Assembly: GCA_963768785.1 (NCBI GenBank)
Contig: CAVYJD010000014.1
Location: 230,821 to 294,820, forward strand
Origin: an uncultured Methanoregulaceae archaeon
Lineage (GTDB): Archaea; Halobacteriota; Methanomicrobia; Methanomicrobiales; Methanospirillaceae
Reading direction: 5' to 3'
Length of the DNA stretch: 64,000 nucleotides
In this document: one piece after another, positions 10,380-21,469 of the stretch
Layout of the letters: every line of letters starts with the position of its first letter
Numbering within the stretch: the first letter of the stretch is position 1
Made by a program: the position numbers and the translations under genes
The notes under the pieces: model-generated
Database searches by the model: none
Told to the model about the DNA's origin: nothing
The model's input: the letters and a program-made list of their open reading frames with translations, nothing else

Positions 10380-10525
10380 GGCTGATTGTTAGCCCCGGAT
10401 CCGATTAAAGATTACTTTAACTGCGAAATTTTTCGTAATTATCAAAAATGATATGATTACCGTATTTTTTTTATTTTCCCCAAAATAGATGACCCATAAC
10501 CAGCATACAGTACTGCTGAACAAGC

Positions 10526-11775
10526 ATGAGCGCAACAATCGTAGAAAAGATATTTTCACGGAAATGCGGCAGGGACATCCGGGCAGGCGAAGTCGTGATG
10601 ACGCCTATTGACGGTGCAATGATTCACGATATTACCGGTCCCCTTGCCATTCGTAAGTTCTACGAGATGGACGGGAAGAATGTCTTTGATCCCAAACGCA
10701 TCATCATGCTCTTTGACCACCAGATACCGGCCGATTCGATTGAGGCGGCAGAAAACCACGTGTACATGCGTAAGTTTGCCACGGAGCAGGGTATCCACAA
10801 CTATGATATCAACGAAGGGGTCTGTCACCAGGTCGTCCTCGAAAAGGGCGGGCGGCACCCGGGCGAGATCGTGGTCGGGGCGGATTCCCATACCTGCATG
10901 TACGGCGCCGTCGGGGCTTTTGCCACCGGCATTGGTTCGACCGACATGGGATTTGCGATGAAGTTTGGCGCCCTCTACTTCAAAGTACCGGAGACTATCC
11001 GGGTGGACGTGTCCGGGAAGTTCCCAAAACGGGTGGGGGCAAAAGACCTGATCCTTGCCATCGCTGCAGATATCGGGGCAGATGGTGCGACTTACAAGGC
11101 AATCGAATTTGCCGGCAAGACGATGAAAAAAATGGACATGGCAGGACGGATGACCTGTTGCAACATGGCAATCGAGATGGGGGCAAAGGCAGGCATTGTC
11201 GCCCCGGACAAGATCACGTGGGACTACCTGAAAGGCCGGCGGAAGATGAAGCCGTTCGACCTTGCAAGCGACGAGGATGCGACCTTTGCCGAACGCCGGA
11301 CCTACGATGTCTCGGATATGGAACCGCAGGTTGCGGTGCCCCACAATGTCGACCAGGGTGTACCGGTCAGCAAGGTTGCCGGAACCCATCTCGATCAGGT
11401 GTTTATCGGCTCCTGCACGAACGGGCGGTTTGAAGACCTGGCAGAGGCCGCAGAAGTACTCGGCAAGAAAAAATTCAACCCGAACATCCGGGTCATCGTG
11501 ATCCCTGCGTCACGGGACGAGTACCTGAAGACCCTGAAAGCAGGCTTAATCGAGAAATTCGTGAAAGCCGGGGCACTTGTTGAGGCACCCTGCTGCGGCC
11601 CCTGCATGGGCGGGGCGTTTGGCCTGATTGCTCCTGGAGAGGTGTCACTGTCGACATCGAACCGGAACTTCAAGGGACGGCAGGGGAGCACGGAGGGATG
11701 GTATATCTCTGCTCGCCGGCAACGGCTGCTGCGAGTGCAATCACCGGGGTTATTACTGACCCGAGGGAGGTGTGA
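10526..11775 (+). CDS. leuC: 3-isopropylmalate/citramalate dehydratase large subunit (frameshift near 11700)
   Basis: [27 protein letters not shown]; true C-terminus [17 protein letters not shown] lies in a shifted frame. Confidence 0.88.
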
Positions 11776-11777
11776 TC

Positions 11778-12276
11778 ATGCGAGTCTGGAAGTTTGGCGA
11801 CGATATCGATACGGACGCGATCATCCCCGGCAGGTTCCTGACCATCTACGATCCACAGGAACTCGCGAAGCATGCCTTTGAAGGGACACGGGACGAGTTT
11901 TCAAAGAAAGCAAAAGAGGGGGATATTGTTGTCGCAGGAAGCAACTTCGGCTGCGGCTCTTCCCGTGAACATGCCCCGCTCGCCCTGATGGGTGCAGGAG
12001 TACGGGTGGTTATTGCCCGGTCATTTGCACGGATCTTCTTCAGGAACGCGATTAATGTCGGGGTGCTCCCGGTTGTCTGCCCGGATGCAGACAAAATTGC
12101 CGACGGCCAGAAGATCACCGTGAATCTCAAAAAAGGGTACGTGGAAGCGGGCGGCAAAAAGTTCGCTATCGAACCGGTAGCCGGCATTCATGCAGGGCAT
12201 TGTTGATGCCGGCGGATTGGTGAACTACGCGAAGAACATAAAGGAGGTACCGGTATGTACAGGATCGCTGCAATAG
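11778..12276 (+). CDS. leuD: 3-isopropylmalate dehydratase small subunit (frameshift near 12180)
   Basis: [27 protein letters not shown]; hydrophobic FLTI loop rather than the YLRT loop of homoaconitase. Confidence 0.85.
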
Positions 12277-13373
12277 GCGGAGACGGGATCGGCCCGGAAA
12301 TCATTCAGGAAGGAAAGAAGGTGCTGGATGCCGCCGGCGAGCGGTTCCATTTCGATATCGAGTGGACGGATTTTGATATCGGCGCCGAACGGTATCTTGC
12401 GACAAAGAAGCTCCTCACCGAAGATGACCTGAAGGAACTTGGAAAATTCAAAGCGATCTACTTTGGTTCCATCGGTGATCCCCGGGTTCCGCCGGGAATC
12501 TTAGAGAAGGGCATCCTGCTTAACCTGAGGTTCTCCTTTGACGAGTACGTGAACCTCCGGCCCATCAAACTGCTTAAAGGAGTCGAGACTCCGCTCGCGG
12601 GAAAGACCCCCAAGGACATCGATTTCGTGGTCGTGCGGGAGAACACCGAGGATTTCTACGTCGGGATCGGTTCGCGGTTCAAAAAACACCAGAAGATCGA
12701 GCTCTCGGTCGTCCGCGACATCTACAACGTGAAGTTCGGGCTCGATGTCGAGAGCGATGCGGAAGAACTTGCCTACCAGATCGGCGTCATCACCCGCGAA
12801 GGGGCACGCCGGGTCCAGACCTATGCGTTTGAACTTGCGGAGAAGCGAAAGAAAAAACTTACGTCGGTTGACAAGGCAAACGTCCTCTCCGATATTTATG
12901 GGCTCTGGCGGGACGTGTTCACCGAGACGGCAAAGAAGTACCCGGATGTCGCCACCGATTTTAACTTCGTCGATGCGGTCACGATGTGGTTTGTGAAGAA
13001 CCCTGAATGGTTCGATGTCGTGGTGACGCCCAACATGTTCGGAGATATCATCACCGATCTCGGTGCGATGATCCAGGGCGGGCTCGGGCTTGCACCGGGC
13101 GGCAACATCAACCCGAAGGGCACCTCTATGTTTGAGCCCATCCACGGCTCGGCTCCCAAATACAAGGGCATGGATGTCGCTAACCCGATAGCGACCATCT
13201 GGGCGGGATCGCTCCTGCTCGATCATATCGGGGAGCACAAGGCAGCAGCATCGATTGTGACGGCGATTGAGAAGAGCATCAAAGACGGTGTCGTGACAAA
13301 GGATATGGGCGGCTCTGCGGGGACGGCAAAGGCCGGGTCATATATTGCAGAGTGCGTGAAGAAAGGGAAGTAA
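12255..13373 (+). CDS. leuB: 3-isopropylmalate dehydrogenase family
   Basis: [36 protein letters not shown]; in an operon with leuCD. Confidence 0.88.
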   Translation: MYRIAAIGGDGIGPEIIQEGKKVLDAAGERFHFDIEWTDFDIGAERYLATKKLLTEDDLKELGKFKAIYFGSIGDPRVPPGILEKGILLNLRFSFDEYVNLRPIKLLKGVETPLAGKTPKDIDFVVVRENTEDFYVGIGSRFKKHQKIELSVVRDIYNVKFGLDVESDAEELAYQIGVITREGARRVQTYAFELAEKRKKKLTSVDKANVLSDIYGLWRDVFTETAKKYPDVATDFNFVDAVTMWFVKNPEWFDVVVTPNMFGDIITDLGAMIQGGLGLAPGGNINPKGTSMFEPIHGSAPKYKGMDVANPIATIWAGSLLLDHIGEHKAAASIVTAIEKSIKDGVVTKDMGGSAGTAKAGSYIAECVKKGK

Positions 13374-13464
13374 TTCTTCCCGGTTCATTTCTTTTTTAGG
13401 GTTGCTTGGTTTTCTTAAAAAATAAGAGCGATTCCAATCTTGAGGAAATGTACTTTAATTTTGT

Positions 13465-13689
13465 GTGGTCTTTTGCATTTTATTTCTATCCATGGCGGTT
13501 TCTACAGAGCAAATTATACAGGCATCTTATATACCACAAATCGGTAGGAAAATTTCTGGAAAAATTGCCGGAGTCTGCCCTTTGTGCGGACAGCCAATCA
13601 TGCATCGACAGCTAAAGAAGACCGGTGAAATTTATGCGGTTTGTACAAATTATAGCGGAGGATGGAGATGGAATATTAGGCGTTCTTGA
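13465..13689 (+). pseudogene. Small or degenerate zinc-ribbon (topoisomerase C4-type) ORF
   Basis: CPLCGQP...YAVCTNY with the fourth Cys position reading W; AT-rich. Confidence 0.4.
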
Positions 13690-13871
13690 AAAAAACTTAA
13701 AATTTGTTTTACCCGCGCCTTCTTCTGTGTCAACGTCACCCAATTTGTGAGGTTGAATATCCACCACGATTTATCACCTGCCGTGAATACGGTTGATCAA
13801 CCACAAACTTATCAGAACCGTCACGATACAATTCCCAGCATTTATCTGGAATTCACACCCGATATACCACT

Positions 13872-15076
13872 ATGAAGTGGCCGGCATGGCTGAACCGGAC
13901 GGTCCTTGGTGCCGGGATCGCAAGTTTCTTTGGGGATCTCGGGTACGAATCGGTGACCGTTCTCCTCCCCTCGTTCCTGATCATCCTTGGTGCGCCGGTC
14001 TACGCACTCGGCATTATCGAGGGCCTGAGCGACGGGGCATCGAGTTTTGTTAAACTTTTCTCAGGATATTTTGCCGACAAACTGGGAAGGCGGCGGGAGT
14101 TTGCTTTGGGCGGCTCGGTCGCAACCGCAGTCTTTCCCGCGATCATTGCCGTTGCTGCCTCGTGGTACGTTGTACTTGCAGGGAGGCTTGTCGGATGGAT
14201 CGGCAAGGGTATCCGCAGCCCCTCCCGGGACGCGATCCTCTCAAAATCGGTGGAGAAAAAGGATCTCGGCAAGGCCTTCGGGTTTCACCGGACCAGTGAC
14301 ACCCTCGGAGCGGTCGCAGGCCCGGCTCTGGCACTCATCCTCGTTTCATCCCTGGGTATCCGGGAGATCCTTTGGCTCGCAGTCATCCCCGGGTTCATTG
14401 CGTTTGTTGCAATCTGGCTCTTCCTGCGCGAACGGGACACTGCCCCACACCCTCGGCCCCGGCCGCTCGTGGCCTCCTTAAAAGGGCTGCCTTCCAGGTT
14501 CAGGGTGTTTCTCTCCGCGGTGCTTGTCTTTGGGATAGCGGACTTCTCCCACACCCTGCTCATCGCGTTTGCCATTGTCAGCCTTACACCTATGCTTGGA
14601 TTTACCTTGGCGACTGCAGCAGGAGCGGGCCTGTATCTCGTCCGCAACATTGTCTATGCCGGGGCATCGTACCCATTGGGACTGCTCGGCGACCGTGTCG
14701 GGAGGCGGCCAGTGCTTGTCCTCGGGTATGCAATCGCAGTTGCAACCTTCATCGGTTTTGTCATCGCCCCGGCGAACCTGGTTGCATACGGGTCCTCTTT
14801 GCGATGTGCGGTATCTTTATTGCGGCCGAGGACACGCTCGAAAGCGCACTTGCCAGCGAGATGGTGGAAGAGGAGTCCCGGGCGCTCGGTTTCGGGGCGC
14901 TCGCAACGATAAACGGAGTCGGAGATCTCGTATCCAGCGTGATGATCGGGTTTATCTGGGCATTCGTCGGGTACAGCGCAGGTTTCATGGTTGCTGCCGT
15001 TATTGCCGCAGCAGGGACAATCCTCCTCATTTGGACTACACGGGACCCGCACAATGCCCCGGCCCTGCATCAGTGA
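13872..15076 (+). CDS. MFS transporter (frameshift near 14790)
   Basis: GYFADKLGRR and GLLGDRVGRR motif A; 12-TM pattern across ORFs 13872..14912 and 14372..15076. Confidence 0.9.
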
Positions 15077-15352
15077 CTGCGGAAATAATACCATATCCCG
15101 CCAATCAGAAGTCCGATCCAACTGATAATCCACGAACCCGGGCTGATAAATACGATAAGACAGCGCTGATGAGTTGGCGGTTGATTGGGAAATTTTAATG
15201 TGATAAAATCTTGGTCACCAACCGCAAATGCATCAGAACCGGTTTTCAAATATTTTATATTGTGGATTTATGTATGCTATTGATAGGTGCAACCATGATT
15301 GTTTACTTAATAATTGAATGGTGAGGAAAACTATCAGAGAAGGCGAGACCTG

Positions 15353-15622
15353 ATGAGACTTGACCTCCGAAAGATAGTATCGCTTCTCATTGTACCCATT
15401 TATCTCGCCCTCATTGTATTAGTCCTGACATTAAAAATCTGGACATCCTTTAATTCCCCGATCCCTCTTCTTGCGTTTAATTTTCTGTTTTTGGGTTTGA
15501 TACCGGTTTACGTCGCATATGTTGCCTACAAATCCGTTCGGGGAGGCGGGTCTGCCAGTGTCCTCCTGATTGGAACGGGCATCCCGCTTTGGGTGCCATT
15601 CCTGCCTTGCACTATTGGTTAA
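15353..15622 (+). pseudogene. Truncated N-terminal membrane region, possibly of a sensor protein
   Basis: Three hydrophobic segments followed by an abrupt end against a convergent gene. Confidence 0.4.
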
Positions 15623-15634
15623 GCCGGAACCGTT

Positions 15635-16064
15635 TCAGCGTTTCCAGATTTCCAGGCTTGACATATTCTTCCCGTGATACGCAATCTCGCCTACTGTGAA
15701 CACGATCACGACAAAATCAGGATTCTCCGGTGTTTTGAAGTGCTGTTCGAGCATCGGGTTCCAGGTACTTTTTTTTCGTAGCAATATCTTCGTGGACTTT
15801 GCCCTTTGCCTTGATTTCCACGTATGGATCAGAATATTCCTTTCCCGACCAGATGGCAAGAGCCGTATCAGGATTTTTCTTCAGCTGCTCAACTTTTTTC
15901 GAGGATTTCATTGTCGCCCCGACAAGGGTCATGTCAGGCAAGCCGGCAAGCACCATGAACCGGACCGCCGGGAGCTTGCCGTCCAGTGTTGCAACAGCTG
16001 CAACATGTGGACCATTGATTACTTCCATAATCTGCGCTTTGAGTGGCATGGTGGTCACTCTCAT
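15635..16064 (-). CDS. Pyridoxamine 5'-phosphate oxidase-like (split-barrel) protein (frameshift in the A-run near 15775)
   Basis: VATLDGKLPAVRFM, SKKVEQLKKNP; C-terminus WNPMLEQHF..PENPDFVVI in ORF 15635..15859. Confidence 0.8.
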
Positions 16065-16477
16065 TCATGATCATATAAATGTAGGGATTTGAGGAAATGG
16101 GGATACGGTCTCTCACATAGCCGGCTACCTGCCAGACCGGTGGCGATATATACAGGTTCTGACACCTATGAGGGTTCAGCGCTGCTGTATTCAATACGGG
16201 CCCTGATAAGTTGGTGGAGGTTGACCGATTTTTCATCTCGTTAAAAATACCCGATAAATCGCCAACACATCAGAACCGATTTGCGATATCCAAACCAGAT
16301 TTACAGATACCTTAAGAAGCACCACCCAAGATACTTCGATCTGTTCTGATAAGGTAACAGGATTTCGTGAAAAAAAACCAGGAAAATATAAATTTTTACG
16401 ACGTGATGAATTGGAGAAATTATCACAGGTCCCGAGAAGTTATCAGAACCGTCCCGTTCATCACTGCCCCTCAAATC

Positions 16478-16660
16478 TTATGGCATCCCAAGCCCGATTT
16501 GTGCGCCGTATTTCGAATATACTTCCTTAACAAGCTCCCCCGATTTCGGGTTGCCCCAGTCATGCATCCATTCTGACACCAGCGACTCAACCGTGATAGG
16601 GATTACTCCCACCTGGAGCATCCGCTTTATCCCATACTTATGGGCATCATGTGTGGAATC
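16478..16660 (-). pseudogene. C-terminal remnant of an isochorismatase/YcaC-like hydrolase
   Basis: AHKYGIKRMLQVGVIPITVESLVSEWMHDW matches the YcaC C-terminus; N-terminal part absent. Confidence 0.65.
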
Positions 16661-16741
16661 TCCCGGTCGCTCCATCAGCACGGGGTTCTGAAAGGTTGTC
16701 ATTCCGGGCGTTTCAACAAAGAACCAGAATACCAAAAAAAT

Positions 16742-17674
16742 TTACCGGAGGTTTGCCGGAATATCGAGCGGCTCATCCTCTTCTTCCCCACCCTTATCTT
16801 TGGAAAACAGGGAACTGAAAAATCCAAACGGGCTCTTTGCTTTTACCGCAGCGGGCTGGCGTGCGTTCCCACCGGTTTTTTGATTGCCATACCCTTTTAA
16901 GAGTACTTCGGCTTCGACCAGCCCTTCATCAACCCGTTTTTTCTCGGTGACATCAGTTAACGAACCGGCAATCGCTACAACCTTGCCGCTTTTTACGATG
17001 GGGATCTCGTTCACTTCCACCCATATCCGGGTGTTATCGGGCCCCAGAAATTCCAGCCGGTACGGGGGTTCGCGACGCCCGGATGCGATTGCCCTGAGCG
17101 TCCGTTCCAGGCCCTGTGCATTGATCGGGTTGTCGGAAAGGTAGTCAGTCCACAGCCGTTTTTTGGCATTCGGGGTACAGCCAAGCAGGGCACGAAGCCT
17201 CGGGCTGACAAACTGCATCATATGATCGGGGGTGTGCGTGTAATACATCGGCTTCCCGCTCTCGATCACGAGCATCAGGTCGTCGTCTTTCCGTTTTGTT
17301 GCCCGCTGTTCCTCCTTTTGCCCGGTCACATCCCGACCGATGGCAACGATTGCCGTAACTTTTCCCTGATCGTCTTTTATGGAGCGTGCCGACCAGCTGA
17401 TGCACCGCAGCCCCTTCAACGAGGGTATCCACTGGTCAACCATGCAGGCATACGGGGGACGGAAGAGCCGGGTCATATGCGTGGCAAGAGCGTCCGTATA
17501 GCGCTCGCTTGTCACCGGCATAAACACAGCACCGGCCAGTTCATCTTTTGTCTTCCCCACCAGATCGCAATACGCAGTGTTGACAAAAAGGAGCCGCCCT
17601 TCCGGGCTGAACTTTACGATCAGGTCCTGCTGGCACTCAACAAGCTCGCGAAAAACGGCTGGATCAGGTTCCAT
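16742..17674 (-). CDS. Tandem PAS-domain protein without output domain
   Basis: FVNTAYC..GKTKDEL, GRDVT, GSLTDVTEKK PAS/PAC motifs. Confidence 0.85.
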   Translation of the reverse strand: MEPDPAVFRELVECQQDLIVKFSPEGRLLFVNTAYCDLVGKTKDELAGAVFMPVTSERYTDALATHMTRLFRPPYACMVDQWIPSLKGLRCISWSARSIKDDQGKVTAIVAIGRDVTGQKEEQRATKRKDDDLMLVIESGKPMYYTHTPDHMMQFVSPRLRALLGCTPNAKKRLWTDYLSDNPINAQGLERTLRAIASGRREPPYRLEFLGPDNTRIWVEVNEIPIVKSGKVVAIAGSLTDVTEKKRVDEGLVEAEVLLKGYGNQKTGGNARQPAAVKAKSPFGFFSSLFSKDKGGEEEDEPLDIPANLR

Positions 17675-17848
17675 GCAGACCCTCCAAAGTAATCAGATAT
17701 TCACCTGGGGTAAAAAGGGCAGTGATCATTCCTGAAAAGAGATCTGCTGTGAGACTATTAATTTTAAGCGATGCAGATCAAAAAAATTGCAGATCTGCCC
17801 GGTTGTGAGAGAGAAAAAGGGAGGGCGACAAGGGGTATCGCACCCATT

Positions 17849-18268
17849 TCAGACCAGCGCACTGATATTCTGCTGCCCCATGGTATGCCGGCGGGGTTTC
17901 CATACCGGCTGCATCGGCTGATCGGGTATCCTGGCGACCACGCCTTTGCGCATGTTTCCATACATGACGCCTTTAAGGGTTGACAGCGAGATGGTGAAAT
18001 TACCCGCGTCAAAGAGTTCGATGTTGAGCGCCTTTCCTGACGCTGATACCTGTGCAAGCCCGCAGGTTGCACCAAGATAATGGTTCCAGTCCCGGACAAG
18101 GGATTCCACCTGCACAAACACATGCCCGGAAATACCTTTTGCCAGATCTTCAATCCGGAGTGCATACCGGCTGCCAACAATGTGGAGTTCGATGACTTCA
18201 TGCACTACCCCATCACGGTCAAACGCCCTGCACCCGGTTCTCTGGAGATACCCTGCTTTTTGCATCAT
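17849..18268 (-). CDS. Hypothetical protein
   Basis: 139-aa ORF with plausible composition, co-directional with the upstream nitrogenase-like operon. Confidence 0.6.
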   Translation of the reverse strand: MMQKAGYLQRTGCRAFDRDGVVHEVIELHIVGSRYALRIEDLAKGISGHVFVQVESLVRDWNHYLGATCGLAQVSASGKALNIELFDAGNFTISLSTLKGVMYGNMRKGVVARIPDQPMQPVWKPRRHTMGQQNISALV

Positions 18269-18372
18269 ACACGACCACCTTTTTGTCGTAGTATGGCGTC
18301 ATGTGGGAGAGTATATAATCCCAAAAGTCTGCGCGGTGTGAAAGTGAGCGCAAAAACTCTGTCAAAACGGGA

Positions 18373-19522
18373 TCAGGCATCGCCGGCTGCCCGCTTTGCG
18401 CCGGCTTTTTTGTCCATACAGGCATTCAGGACGTTCTCGATAAAAGACAGGGTACCGCTAATCCCGGCAAGCGGCGGGTGGGAGAGCCGGACCCTTCCCC
18501 GCAAGGGTGGGACGATTCCCACAAATGCCCGGTCACCGCTCACAGACCGTTCAAACGATGATCCAAGCACCAGATCCGGGGAAGCCTGTTCAATCTCGCG
18601 GGACACCTCTTCAAGCCCGGTTACCTGCCTGGCAGGACAGGAAAAGATCGTTGGTGCGTTCCGTGTCCCGACAAAGCGGACATCTGTATCAAGGTAACGG
18701 GCAAGTGATTCCGCTGCAAACTGTGCATACGACGTCACCGGCAAAGATTGCCGCAGATGGCGGATCAAACCGGCGGAGATACTTGTCGCAGGCATGGATG
18801 ACCCGCTCCTGTTCCCGTTCGATCTCCGCACCTACGGGCTCTATGTCTGCGGTGTCAAATACCGATGCAATAGTTTTCAGGGTACGGTTCAGCGCTTCAA
18901 ACCCCAGCGTCCCGCCAAGGTTTGTCCCCACCCCGCTTTTAAAATCCTCGTTTGTCCCGATAGTATACGCTGCCGCCTGCCAGCAATGAGCAAGGGTATC
19001 ATCGGCAAAGATAGTTCCCACCGGAACCGATGCCTGCACGAGAATCCTCGTAATCTCCTGCACGTTCCCGGCAGAGAACGGATCAAAGAGGCTGGCGCCA
19101 TCGATGTTAATTCCCGGCCGGTCAGGATCAACAGCAGGGGCAAGTGTGGATAACGCTGTCTGGTATCCCGCTTCGATATCCCCCGCAAATCCCGGGCTGT
19201 CCACAAGGATCACGTCATAGTCGGAGAGCATGGATTTGATATCCTCGCCAAGAACCGAGGGCACACAGGTAGTAATGACCGCAATCCTGTCACCATCACC
19301 GGCAATCCCGCCAATCACCGTTTTAAGCCGGTCTTCCGAGCCGAATATGACCTCGTGTTCAAGGATAAATGTCCCGTGCAGCGGAGCATGAAGGAGCGTC
19401 GCCGGGTAATAATAACAGCCACTCGACCCGTGAATAACCACTTTCAGGCCGCGAAACCCCGCCAGGCACGACGCCGCACCCGTCATCGCACACGGCCAGA
19501 GCGGGTTCTCGCATTCAGGCAT
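18373..19522 (-). CDS. Nitrogenase component-1-like oxidoreductase, subunit 2 (frameshift near 18730)
   Basis: WPCAMTGA, IHGSSGCYYY, EVIFGSEDRL, TTCVPSVLGED, SPGF. Confidence 0.82.
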
Positions 19523-20555
19523 GGATGGCCCGCCTCCAGCGGTGGAGCAATCGCCGGACACCGGCACTTCCCACGGGTGACGTCGCAGACAAAGGGAGGG
19601 TATGTCCCCCGGGGCCGAAATGCATGCGGAGTGCATCAGCCATCTCGTGAACAGCCCGTACCGCCGCCGGGTCCATACCGGCAGGATCACAGGATACCGA
19701 TACCCCGGACAGGTCGGAAAAATCCGAAAGGGTCATTTCCTGCAGTGCCTCTTCCTCCGCCACCGCCATATGGCAATCCACGCCGCAGGCATCTGCCGTT
19801 GTTTTCAAAAACGCAATTGTTGCAGCCATTCCCACCGGAAACGAGGGAATATATGGCGTACCAAACCGCTGGCGGAGATACTCCCCTACCGGAAGAAGCC
19901 CCGGGTCGCGAAGGATGTTCACCTGTGCGGCGCCAAGTCCTGCGATGGTATCGACGCAAGTTTCATGCACAAACCGGGTATTCACGCTCAGGCCGAGCGC
20001 TTCGAGCAGCCGGTGTACTTCAGAAAAATTCTCGTCAACCTCATACTCGAGGTTTTTCTCGCCGATGATATTCACACCCCGGTTTTTCGTGCAGGGTGGT
20101 GCCATGCCGGCAAGAGCAATCAGGGCATTGTTCACGCCGCACTGGAAGGTCCCGCCAAGGAACCCGGCCGTCGGTACCGGTATGACCGGTATGCTTCGAT
20201 CTACCCCGCATACCATCGCCACATCATCACCGATGGTATCCACCACGCAGGTCGAGAGCACAAAAACAGCGGAAGGATTTTTTCTGGTTACGGCGTCGAG
20301 TGTCCGGTCAAGCGCCGGTTCCCCGCCAAACACAATATCAGTGTCCAGAAGATTGGACGATACCATGTTGGGAATTATGATGCTGTCATTATCGAGGCTT
20401 GTTGCATGCAGCAGGGAAAAATTGTGATGGGTGCAGCCTTTTGGGCCATGGACGACCGTCACCGCATCGCGGACATGGGTCGTCACCGACAGGGCACCGG
20501 TAAGGGTGCAGCCTTCAAATCTACAGGTATCCAAAGGCAAGGGATTCAAGATCAT
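19515..20555 (-). CDS. Nitrogenase component-1-like oxidoreductase, subunit 1
   Basis: [42 protein letters not shown]. Confidence 0.85.
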   Translation of the reverse strand: MILNPLPLDTCRFEGCTLTGALSVTTHVRDAVTVVHGPKGCTHHNFSLLHATSLDNDSIIIPNMVSSNLLDTDIVFGGEPALDRTLDAVTRKNPSAVFVLSTCVVDTIGDDVAMVCGVDRSIPVIPVPTAGFLGGTFQCGVNNALIALAGMAPPCTKNRGVNIIGEKNLEYEVDENFSEVHRLLEALGLSVNTRFVHETCVDTIAGLGAAQVNILRDPGLLPVGEYLRQRFGTPYIPSFPVGMAATIAFLKTTADACGVDCHMAVAEEEALQEMTLSDFSDLSGVSVSCDPAGMDPAAVRAVHEMADALRMHFGPGGHTLPLSATSPVGSAGVRRLLHRWRRAIHA

Positions 20556-21339
20556 CGATCTCAAGGGGGGTGGGGATCGTTAACCGGGTGTTCTCCATGA
20601 CACGCCGGGCCAGCTCCCGGTAGCATTCTGCCTGCGGGGCGTCCGGTGCATACTCGATCACGGTTTTTTTGTTCAGTTCCGCCAGCTGCACGACACGATC
20701 GCGGGGGATGAACTGGACAAGCGAGCTGTTCACTTTCTCTGCAAACTCCGCTACCAGTTCCTCTTCCCGGGGCTGGTTCTTCGCATTGCAGATCACGCCC
20801 GCAAGACGGCATTTGCTCTTTAACCGGGACGAAAGGCGCTGGATTGCCTTGCAGATATTGTTGGCTGCATACAGGGACATGAGCTCGCCGGAGGTGACAA
20901 GGTAAATTTCCTGCGCATACCCTTCCCGCATCGGCATCGCAAAACCGCCGCACACGACGTCGCCCAGCACATCATAAACAACAACATCGCCTTTGAGCGC
21001 CCCGAATTTCTCAAGGATCTGGAACGTCGCGATGATGCCCCGCCCGGCACAACCGACGCCGGGTTCCGGACCGCCGGCCTCGACACAACGAACGCCGTTA
21101 AAACCGGTATACTCCACATCGGAGAGGGAGATCTCCTTTTCGCCCCGTTCCCGGACAAGGTCCATGACGGTCGGGATAAACCGGCCCTGCATCAGCATCC
21201 GGGTGCTGTCCCTTTTAGGATCGCACCCGATCTGGAGGACATCGAACCCCTGCTGGGAAAGCGCAGCGGACAGGTTTGCGGACGTGGTGGATTTTCCGAT
21301 ACCCCCCTTGCCGTACAGGGCGATCTGCTTCATTACCAT
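20521..21339 (-). CDS. NifH-like Fe-protein (nitrogenase reductase family)
   Basis: [46 protein letters not shown]. Confidence 0.93.
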   Translation of the reverse strand: MVMKQIALYGKGGIGKSTTSANLSAALSQQGFDVLQIGCDPKRDSTRMLMQGRFIPTVMDLVRERGEKEISLSDVEYTGFNGVRCVEAGGPEPGVGCAGRGIIATFQILEKFGALKGDVVVYDVLGDVVCGGFAMPMREGYAQEIYLVTSGELMSLYAANNICKAIQRLSSRLKSKCRLAGVICNAKNQPREEELVAEFAEKVNSSLVQFIPRDRVVQLAELNKKTVIEYAPDAPQAECYRELARRVMENTRLTIPTPLEIDDLESLAFGYL

Positions 21340-21469
21340 ACTGGTACGCCGCCAATTTATATTAGATCTCCTGATGTTAAGAAAAGTAAAATTGCGTTCA
21401 ACATTAACTTAATGAAATTATTGCAGTAGAGAGTTAGTTTTTATCCGGTAAAATTCAAACGAATTCTGA

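Noticed and set aside
13808-16453. CRISPR array or classical integron
   Set aside because: The motifs are short, in both orientations and irregularly spaced; there is no cas gene, integrase or attC-like structure.
19602-20600. Long antisense ORFs (also 10556-11389, 12501-13238, 52517-53362)
   Set aside because: Shadow frames opposite well-supported genes in GC-rich coding DNA.
18373-21339. True nitrogen fixation (nifHDK) or F430 cfbCD
   Set aside because: The subunits are too short with no visible FeMo-co ligand region or nifEN/nifI, and there are two paralogs rather than one CfbD.
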